From NCBI GenBank assembly GCA_965249485.1, contig OZ252239.1, positions 992,001 to 1,056,000 of the forward strand: 64,000 bases of DNA, in the 5' to 3' direction. Made by a program: the position numbers and the translations under genes. Shown here in pieces: positions 56,066 to 64,000 of the stretch. The notes beneath the pieces are model-generated. The model worked only from the letters and a program-made list of their open reading frames with translations. It was not told the origin of the DNA and did no database searches. Source of the stretch: a bacterium (GTDB lineage: Bacteria; SM23-31). Positions within the stretch are counted from its first letter, which is position 1, and the number at the start of each line of letters is the position of its first letter.

Positions 56066-59000
56066 ATACGATGATTTCATGGTTTGTCCATAATAAGGTT
56101 GCGGCTAATTTGTTGATGATTACTATTTTTATTGCAGGTCTGTTATCACTAAGCAAAATAAAAACAGAAGTTTTTCCTGAATTTTCTACAGATATAATTT
56201 CGATTTCAGTGGCATATCTGGGTGCTGCACCCGAAGAAGTTGAAGAAGGAGTATGTGTCAAAATTGAAGAAGCTATTCAAGGGTTAGAAGGTATCAAAAA
56301 AATTACATCCACTGCTTCAGAAGGGCTAGGAACTGTATCAGTGGAATTAATTGTAGGGTATGATATTAGAAAACTACTTGACGACATAAAATCAAGAGTT
56401 GACCAAATATTAACGTTTCCTTTAGAAACTGAAGAACCTATTATTCAAGAAGCTCTTAACAGACGCCAGGTCCTTAATGTTGCAGTTACCGGAAATGTTG
56501 ATGAAAGAAGTTTGAAGTCGATTTCTGATGAAATAAGAGATGAAATATCCGATCTGCCTGAAGTAAGCCAGGTCGAAGTAGGCGGAGCCCGTCCATACGA
56601 AATTTCAATTGAAGTTGCAGAAGATGACCTAAGAAAATTTGATTTAACTTTTTCGGAAGTTGTTGGAGCTATAAGAGCTTCATCTTTGGATTTACCTGGA
56701 GGATCAATTAAGACCAGTTCCGGTGAGTTAACTATCAGAACGAAAGGGCAGGTTTATGAAGGCATTGAATATGAAAAATTAATAATAAGATCATTGCCTG
56801 ACGGAACCAGGTTAACTCTTGGAGACGTTGCCAATGTAATTGATGGATTTGCCGAAACCGATCAATCGGCTAGATTTGATGGTAATTCTACTAATTTGGT
56901 TCAGGTTTACCGTGTCGGTGATGAAAATGCCATAAATGTTGCAAATGCAGTTAAAGAATATGTTAAGGTAAAACAAAATAAGTTACCTGATAGGATAACT
57001 ATAACAGTTTGGCAGGATGACTCACTGGTTTTCAATGACAGACTTTCATTGTTATTGCGTAACGGTAGGAGCGGATTCATTTTAGTTTTTTTGGCTCTGG
57101 CGTTATTTTTAAGGCTAAGACTCGCATGGTGGGTTATAATAGGGATGATAATGTCATTCTTTGGAGCGTTTTGGGTGATCCCACAATTTGACGCATCAAT
57201 AAATATGATCTCAATGTTTGCATTTATTCTTGTACTCGGTATTGTAGTTGATGATGCAATTGTAATTGGAGAAAATATTTATACCCATCAGGAAAGGGGT
57301 GACAATGCATTAAAAGCCGCAATCGAAGGAACTCAAGAAGTAGCTACTCCAGTAATATTTGCTGTCCTAACAACTATAGCGGCCTTTTCGCCGCTCATGT
57401 TTGTTCCAGGTTTTATGGGTAAAATAATGAAAGTTATCCCGATAATAGTTATATCTACATTATTATTTTCCTTAATTGAATCAATATTTATTTTACCATC
57501 CCATCTATCTCATATGAAGCCTAAAAAAGATAAAGCGGAATCTAATAATTATAAAATCAAATGGAATAATTTTCAACAACAGTTCCAAAGCATATTAAAC
57601 AATTTTGTTGAGACCTATTATAAGAAGTTACTTGAAAAAGCTTTGGAATGGCGTTATCTGTCTTTAGCAATTAGTTTAAGCTTATTAATACTGACGTTTA
57701 GTTTTGTTGGAGGTGGCTGGATAAAGTTTGTTTTTATGCCGGAAGTTGAAGCTGATAACGTTGTCGCATTGCTTACTATGCCGCAAGGTACTTCAAAAAC
57801 AAAAACTGCTGAAGTTATAAGAAAGTTAGAGGAGAGCGCAGATATTCTTAACAAAGAGTTAAATGGTGACGGTAAAGCACCTATAGATCATATTCTTGCA
57901 TCAATAGGAGAACAGCCATTTCTTGCTAGACAAGTGCGTGCAGGAGGACCTAGAAGTGTTGCAAGCAGTTCCCATTTAGGAGAAGTAAACCTTCAATTGA
58001 TTTCTGCAGAAACTCGCGATGTAACAAGTATGTATATTGCACAAAGATGGCGTGAATTAACAGGAATAATTCCTGAAGCAGAAGAGCTTACATTTTCTTC
58101 TTCGTTATTTTCAGCTGGTGACCCGGTAAACGTGCAAATATCCGGAGTTAATTATGAAGAATTGTTATTAGCTTCAATTGAGATTCAAAATAAAATTGCC
58201 GAATATCCGGGTACCTATGATATCTCTGATTCTTATAAAGAAGGAAAAAGTGAAATTAAACTTAGAATTAAACCCGAAGCAGAGGCCATAGGTGTATCGT
58301 TATCTTCTGTTGCAATGCAGGTTCGTCAGGCATTTTATGGAGAAGAGGTTCAACGGATCCAAAGAGGCCGTGATGATATAAGAGTAATGGTCAGATATCC
58401 TGAAGATAAGAGAAAATCGATCAATGATCTTGAGAATATGCGTATCAGAATACCAGGTGGTGGTGTCATTCCATTTAAAGCAGCAGCTAGCATTGAATCA
58501 GGTATAGGTTTTGCCTCTATAAGTAGAACTGATAGAAAAAGAACAATAAATATCACAGCAAATGTAGATATCGGTGTATCGAATCCAAATGAAATAGTTG
58601 ATGATCTGAAATTAAATGCTTTAGAACCGATATTGAATAAGTATAATGGAATTAGTTACTCCTTTGAAGGCGAACAGTCTGCCCAAGCTGAGTCAATGCA
58701 AGGATTGCTTGAAGGGTTCATGTTTGCTATGCTTATTATTTATGTTTTGTTGGCAATACCTTTTAAATCATATGTCCAACCGCTTATTGTAATGAGTGCA
58801 ATTCCTTTTGGTTTTATTGGAGCAATAATGGGTCATATTATTATGGGATATAATTTAACCATCATTTCCGGATTTGGAATAGTAGCATTGACAGGAGTTG
58901 TTGTTAATGATAGTTTGGTATTTGTTGATTTTATTAATAGAGATGTGATCAAAGGAGAAAGCATTCAAAATGCAATTATAAAAGCGGGTGTTTCAAGATT

Positions 59001-59202
59001 TAGACCAATAATGCTGACATCTATAACAACATTTGCAGGATTAACACCATTGATGTTGGAAAAAAGTATGCAGGCACAGTTCTTAATCCCAATGGCAATA
59101 TCATTGGCGTTTGGTGTTTTGTTTGCAACAGCAATTACTCTAATTCTGGTCCCAACTTTTTATAACATATTAGACGATGTGAAAGTTTATTTCGCCAGTT
59201 AA
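56062..59202 (+). CDS. RND efflux permease (AcrB/AcrD/AcrF family)
   Basis: 1046 aa; GIVVDDAIV, GVVVND, RFRPIMLTS.TT. Confidence 0.95.
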   Translation: MNTMISWFVHNKVAANLLMITIFIAGLLSLSKIKTEVFPEFSTDIISISVAYLGAAPEEVEEGVCVKIEEAIQGLEGIKKITSTASEGLGTVSVELIVGYDIRKLLDDIKSRVDQILTFPLETEEPIIQEALNRRQVLNVAVTGNVDERSLKSISDEIRDEISDLPEVSQVEVGGARPYEISIEVAEDDLRKFDLTFSEVVGAIRASSLDLPGGSIKTSSGELTIRTKGQVYEGIEYEKLIIRSLPDGTRLTLGDVANVIDGFAETDQSARFDGNSTNLVQVYRVGDENAINVANAVKEYVKVKQNKLPDRITITVWQDDSLVFNDRLSLLLRNGRSGFILVFLALALFLRLRLAWWVIIGMIMSFFGAFWVIPQFDASINMISMFAFILVLGIVVDDAIVIGENIYTHQERGDNALKAAIEGTQEVATPVIFAVLTTIAAFSPLMFVPGFMGKIMKVIPIIVISTLLFSLIESIFILPSHLSHMKPKKDKAESNNYKIKWNNFQQQFQSILNNFVETYYKKLLEKALEWRYLSLAISLSLLILTFSFVGGGWIKFVFMPEVEADNVVALLTMPQGTSKTKTAEVIRKLEESADILNKELNGDGKAPIDHILASIGEQPFLARQVRAGGPRSVASSSHLGEVNLQLISAETRDVTSMYIAQRWRELTGIIPEAEELTFSSSLFSAGDPVNVQISGVNYEELLLASIEIQNKIAEYPGTYDISDSYKEGKSEIKLRIKPEAEAIGVSLSSVAMQVRQAFYGEEVQRIQRGRDDIRVMVRYPEDKRKSINDLENMRIRIPGGGVIPFKAAASIESGIGFASISRTDRKRTINITANVDIGVSNPNEIVDDLKLNALEPILNKYNGISYSFEGEQSAQAESMQGLLEGFMFAMLIIYVLLAIPFKSYVQPLIVMSAIPFGFIGAIMGHIIMGYNLTIISGFGIVALTGVVVNDSLVFVDFINRDVIKGESIQNAIIKAGVSRFRPIMLTSITTFAGLTPLMLEKSMQAQFLIPMAISLAFGVLFATAITLILVPTFYNILDDVKVYFAS

Positions 59203-59244
59203 TTTATTTAAAAATGCAATAAAAAAACATCCCATCATGTAGAG

Positions 59245-59342
59245 GTTCAGAACAAGTTGGAATGATTGGATTAAAAGTTAAGAGGTACATTTAGTTTTTA
59301 CAAGGATTTTTACTCCTTGGGCTGTACGATTTGCGAACCTTT
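59245..59342 (-). repeat. Full cassette element
   Basis: ttcagaacaagttgga; TTGTAA-17bp-TAACTT; ctccttgggctgtacgatttgcgaacctt. Confidence 0.85.
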
Positions 59343-59365
59343 AGATTGAGATTTATTCATACACT

Positions 59366-60169
59366 TTAAGGATTTGGCTGAATCGTAAATGTCTGAGCAC
59401 GGTAATTCCCGTCAGGCAGAACAGTAGGTAACATATACTGCGGATCGGTGAGCAGCGCATATAAAACAGGGTCACCGGATTGCACTTGCTCTTTCGTTCT
59501 CAATATCCATTCATCTCCTCCCCGGCTCCCGGGATAATCCTGTCCTCCAAGTATCGATGTTAAACCCCAATGAATATACTCAGATATCTAGCAATCATAA
59601 TCGCATGTTTCGTCATAATACGTGTGCCAGGCATCTTCGGGATATTGCTCAGGAACCTCTTCGAAATATCCCCCTCTCGCTGCTTCCGATGCTTTTGCAA
59701 TCTCTGTCCCAGGTACTCTGCCAAAAACTGAAGGATATGCGCCTTTCCAACCATAGTCAGTTATCAAGTGCAGGATTTCTTCAAGTGCTTCATTATACAT
59801 TCCATTTTCCCCATTCGGGCGTATGTTATCAGCATAAACTTGTTGCCAATTCCGGGATGGGAGAAGTTTTCTGTCAATTGCCCGTAATTCTTTCCGGTTC
59901 TTTGCTACAACCTGAGTAGCATTCGTCATAATCATCGCATCGACGATTTTCTGGTTGTCCGGGACGCCATCTTCGTCATTATCCAGATACTCGGCCAGCA
60001 CGTTGGCGGCATGAATCACTTTATCATCAGGTGAGGTCTCAGTTGCGTAAACGTGAATACCAAATACCTCCACATGTTTGGGAAAAGGATTGGTTACCGG
60101 ACTATTAGAGCTGCAATTAATAAGTAAAAAAACTAATACGATGAACCATACAGATAAAATATAATTCAT
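59366..60169 (-). pseudogene. Hypothetical lipoprotein (zincin-like EEILH motif) with in-frame TAG at 59588-59590
   Basis: LINC lipobox; TCDYDC*ISEYIHWGLTSILGGQ..LPTVLPDGNY; 268 codons. Confidence 0.75.
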
Positions 60170-60186
60170 TATTACTCCTCGATGAC

Positions 60187-60269
60187 TGTTGTACGCCCTC
60201 AGAACAAATCGGAAGCATTGTGGTAAATAGTAAAGAATGCATATTGCTTTTACAAGTTGTTTCTGCTCC
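60187..60269 (-). repeat. Cassette element, promoter half ending at CTCC
   Basis: TTGTAA-17bp-TACTAT; caagttgtttctgctcc then unrelated sequence. Confidence 0.8.
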
Positions 60270-60682
60270 ACATTCATGTATTTCAATTTCACAAATCCCT
60301 AAAAATATCTCATCGATCCGCTTAGGCTTTGTCAAGGCCAAAATATTAGAGTGCTTATGCCCTGTTTATGCCTGATATCCTCAAATTCTACCTTGAAAAT
60401 CAACATTTAGTTGGATTACTGCTGTTTTGTAAGTTAGTAAAGGTGCTATGTACGTAGACGTTTGACCCTAAGGGTAGGTTATCTACACCCCATATGCACA
60501 TGTGTCCATCCCGGGGAATATGCGTATTTAGTGAGATGTGTATTAAAACGATACATCAATGGTTTGGCGTTAAGTGATTGAATGATATATTGATAGTGGT
60601 AAATGACGAATGGGTGTGAGCTTGGATTGCGATTTAATTGATGCAAATGGGTGAGTTAAATTCGCTTTTTATCTTTAAACGT

Positions 60683-60756
60683 TGACCTTGTCCCTTTCTA
60701 TCAAAGTATTCACTATACTATTATAACATCTGGCTCAACTTTTGGGGGCAAGGTCA
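60683..60756. mobile_element. 74-bp MITE-like element with IS3-like ends
   Basis: Inverted ends TGACCTTGTCCC ... GGGGCAAGGTCA; no clear target duplication. Confidence 0.55.
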
Positions 60757-60843
60757 TACACAAAAATCCTTACAGGGCCGTAAATTTTGATCTTTTTCCA
60801 CTTTTATAAATATTTTTTGAATTATAAATAGAGATTTATTGAA

Positions 60844-62619
60844 TTAATGTTCTACATAGACATAATAAACTCCGACTAATTCTTCTTCTAATTCCAGCCA
60901 TGCCTCAAGTTTTGCATCTTTGGCTTCAAGTGATACCGGATCAAATGAACAGGAAGATGCATCTTTTTCAACCGGTTTGATTAAATGCAAATTATCAATA
61001 CGGATGTGAGCTTTTCCCGTTGTTTGTACGGCGCGAAATTGCAGAGTAATTTTATAATTGCCTGTTTTTGTAATTTTGACTTCCCAGTAGCCAAGCCCAT
61101 CTCTCCGCCAGCTGGCTTTAGGTCCGCGCCAGTCCTGACGCGTCAGAATAACAGGATTCTCATAGGACGATCCGATATAAATCCTCGGCAGATCATATCC
61201 TCGGGTAGAAGAAACATCATTAAACCAGTTTTCATAATTTTTTCGCATCCGGGCAACAATGTCAGGATATTTATCTGCGATATTATTTCTTTCACCCGGG
61301 TCGGCTTCTATATCATAAAGCTCGAAAATGGGATCTGAAAGATACTTCTCAAGATCATCACCTTCATAGGGAAGATTACCTCCATAAGGTTGAACCAGTT
61401 TATAATGCTGTGAAACTACAGCACAGTTACGGTTTACCTGTGGTTCGTCACCCCGATGCCATTGAAAAAACAAGTTGCGGTCTTGCCACTCAATGTTGTC
61501 CTTAAGCAGAAGAGGCATTAAACTTACTCCGTCCATTGCTGTTTCTTCAGGCTTTTTTATATTACAAGCATCAAGCAGTGTCGGCAGTATATCGATATGC
61601 CCGGCAATACGGTCTACTTTTTTTTCAGCCACTGTGATACCGGGAAATCGAATAAAAAATGGAACGCGAATACCTCCGTCATATACAGTAGTTTTACTGC
61701 CCCGTAGTCCGGAATTGTAACGTTCGGGATCATCCATACGCATCCGGGGTCCATTATCGGTCATGAATATAACGATTGTGTTTTCTTCAATATTCAATTT
61801 CTTTAATTTTAAAAGTAATCTGCCGACATTTTCATCGATATTGGAAATCATACCGTATGTTCTTGCTGTAGAATCGTCGAGATCCATTGCTCTATATGGC
61901 TTAACGTATTCTTCTCCAATTTGTAAAGGTGTATGTGGAGCGTTTGTACTGAGATATGCAAAAAACGGTCTGGCATCGTCCTTTTCAATAAATTGGATTG
62001 CAGCATCGGTAAAGATATCAGTGCAATAGCCGCTGTATTGTTTCGCTGTATTGTTGTATTCCAATATGGGGTCGGTATACATGTTTCCAGGTGGGTCTGC
62101 GGGCTGACCGATTCCGCCGCCTTTGTGTATCAAAGATTCCTGAAATCCCTGATCACTGGGTCTCATGGGATAATTATCTCCCAGGTGCCATTTGCCGAAA
62201 ATCCCGTTACGGTATCCTGAAGCACTGAAAATTTCTGCTATTGTTACTTCATCGGAATACATCATAGAACGTCCCATAAAAGTATCTACCACTCCAGTAC
62301 GGTAATTATAACGTCCTGTCATCAGACTGGAACGGGTAGGGGAACAGACGGGACAAACGTAAAAACGAGTGAACTCAAGGCTTTCTTTGGCGAATCGATC
62401 AAGGTTAGGTGTGTTAATCTTAGTATTCCCATGGTAACCAAGGTCTCCGTAACCCTGGTCGTCGGTAAGAATCAAAAGTATATTTGGGCGGTTCTTGTTA
62501 AGCGGTGAGCAGCTATTTAAGTTAACACCTGAGAGCAATAACGCAGATGATCCACCAATTAATGTTTTGCCTGTAATGTTTAAGAATTTTCTTCTGTTTA
62601 CTATGTTTTTCTTTAACAT
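60844..62619 (-). CDS. Arylsulfatase (Cys-type), Tat leader
   Basis: NRRKFL, PNILLILTDDQGYGD, CSPTRSSLMTG, GKWHLG. Confidence 0.93.
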   Translation of the reverse strand: MLKKNIVNRRKFLNITGKTLIGGSSALLLSGVNLNSCSPLNKNRPNILLILTDDQGYGDLGYHGNTKINTPNLDRFAKESLEFTRFYVCPVCSPTRSSLMTGRYNYRTGVVDTFMGRSMMYSDEVTIAEIFSASGYRNGIFGKWHLGDNYPMRPSDQGFQESLIHKGGGIGQPADPPGNMYTDPILEYNNTAKQYSGYCTDIFTDAAIQFIEKDDARPFFAYLSTNAPHTPLQIGEEYVKPYRAMDLDDSTARTYGMISNIDENVGRLLLKLKKLNIEENTIVIFMTDNGPRMRMDDPERYNSGLRGSKTTVYDGGIRVPFFIRFPGITVAEKKVDRIAGHIDILPTLLDACNIKKPEETAMDGVSLMPLLLKDNIEWQDRNLFFQWHRGDEPQVNRNCAVVSQHYKLVQPYGGNLPYEGDDLEKYLSDPIFELYDIEADPGERNNIADKYPDIVARMRKNYENWFNDVSSTRGYDLPRIYIGSSYENPVILTRQDWRGPKASWRRDGLGYWEVKITKTGNYKITLQFRAVQTTGKAHIRIDNLHLIKPVEKDASSCSFDPVSLEAKDAKLEAWLELEEELVGVYYVYVEH

Positions 62620-62910
62620 GTTCTGCCTCTAAAATATATGTTTACAACTCAACATATTTAATTTATTCAGGTTGAGGTGTAATTATTTTTTGTCTTCTTT
62701 TTTCAAATACGTAATGAATAACTATTGACATTGTATTAATCTCTCATTTTATTTTCCATCCCTTTTCGACTGTGCAAACAACCGCTTCCACAACTTCTCA
62801 GTAGCCTATGCTTTTATCCAGGAATCATGTTCAACGTCTTTATATCCGTTGTGTTTTCCGGTTTTCCCAATTTAAAAAGCGGGCGTTTAGGTATGTTTAT
62901 ATATTGAAGA

Positions 62911-62938
62911 CTCCGAGGGATATACGAATTGCAATCCT
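62911..62938 (-). repeat. Cassette element, degenerate arm starting at CTCC
   Basis: ctccgagggatatacgaattgcaatcct, ~50 bp past a stop. Confidence 0.55.
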
Positions 62939-62988
62939 GATACTTTTACGTATTTATTGTTATTAACGAAAAAATATGTTTGGAGCTG

Positions 62989-63892
62989 TTAACCGCCAAA
63001 CAATTCGTCGAGTAGTGAGCGGCTGGGCGTTACCATGATTTTCGGAATAGTTTGTTCAAAAAGTTGATACATCTCGGGAAACTGGGTTTTAAAGTCGTCA
63101 CTACTCGCTATCGTTCCACCCCGCGTCCACTCGTTTCCTCCTCCTCCATAGGGCTCCTGGAGATCCCAAGCGGTTGTGATAACTATATAAGCTAATTCCT
63201 GAAGTTTAACCCTTAACCGGCGTTCTTCATCTTCAATTCTATCGTATGATGTGTCATCGTAATACTCTTTTTCTACCGCTTCAAGCATCAACTGATGAAG
63301 TTTCGACCCACTTGTAACGGCCCACTCATCGGGAAATGTGTAATGAAGGCCTACATCGGTCACGTGATGTAATATATGCTCGACAACCTCCATGACCTGT
63401 CGTCCGATTTCATTTTCATGTATTGAATCGCATACGCTGTTCTGATTTTTCGTAGTCCTCCATGCCGCTTGGTCTTCGGGAGAGGTGATACGATTACTTC
63501 CATTTATAGAAAGGGATCGTGGTTCTGTATTTGTACATGTTCCTGATAAGCTCTTCTTGTAAATCACTATCGATATCCCCGCCTCGCGGAAACATTTCTA
63601 TGATAGTTTTAGCGACTTTATTCATAAAATCGTCGGAAATATCATCCCGGCCAATCAGAGTAATGCCGTAGACCGTGAGTTTTTTCGTGAACGGCTTGTA
63701 CTCGTCTGTCGGAACGACACCGCTATTCATATACAGATTGCTGGGTACTTCACCCAACGGTGAGATCAGGATGCCTCCCCCTAAATGGGTCTTTTCCGTA
63801 TCAGTCGATACCGATTCAACCTTTTCCGAACTACAGAAGCTCAGAAAGAAGGTCAAAGAAAGAAATGCACAAAAAACTTGTCGAGTAGACAT
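62989..63892 (-). pseudogene. Hypothetical lipoprotein (EHILHH motif), frameshift near 63500
   Basis: LSFC lipobox; two overlapping ORFs join at IPFY/GSNRIT. Confidence 0.7.
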
Positions 63893-64000
63893 AATTGAAT
63901 CTCCTACAATTAGTATATATTCCCTCTATCAATTTTCTAAAAAAGATTAATTGGGATTGTCATATGAAATATAACGCTCTTTTAGATGTAATGTACTTGG

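Noticed and set aside
29449..59590. Stop-codon reassignment
   Set aside because: Internal stops are of all three types and all three also end intact genes normally.
531..62938. Classical integron attC array
   Set aside because: No RYYYAAC...GTTRRRY boxes or long imperfect palindrome in the element, and no intI in the window.
119..63950. Many short ORFs antisense to or nested within long genes
   Set aside because: Shadow ORFs; their recurring similarity (e.g. MTWIHISTLLSRIAPG) only mirrors the M24 paralogues.
1..64000. CRISPR array
   Set aside because: Repeats are degenerate and kilobases apart with genes between them; no cas genes.

Overview
Bacterial accessory region with no housekeeping genes, intact RNA genes, CRISPR array or recombinase/transposase gene. 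It holds ~35 genes, mostly for exported hydrolases: 10 M24 Xaa-Pro peptidase-like paralogues, 2 M28 peptidases, an M19 dipeptidase, 2 sulfatases, GH51, a GH2-like protein, a VPS10/BNR protein, an amidohydrolase and DUF1080. Two AT-rich operons are also present (sugar-acid catabolism; TetR-RND efflux). The main unexplained structure is a degenerate ~105-bp intergenic element found ~22 times, whole or as half-sites. In gene-sense direction it reads: stop codon, att-like arm (GGTTCGCAAATCGTACAGCCCGGGGAG), sigma70-type promoter (TTGTAA-17bp-TACTAT), TGTC-N11-GACA dyad, next gene. Several half-sites break at the same CTCC/GGAG motif, and one copy carries a tRNA-Asn-like 3' end at that motif. My inference is an integron-like array of self-promoting gene cassettes built by a tRNA-targeting recombinase encoded outside the window. 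Many cassette genes are disrupted by frameshifts or in-frame stops. All alignments and family calls were made by eye.
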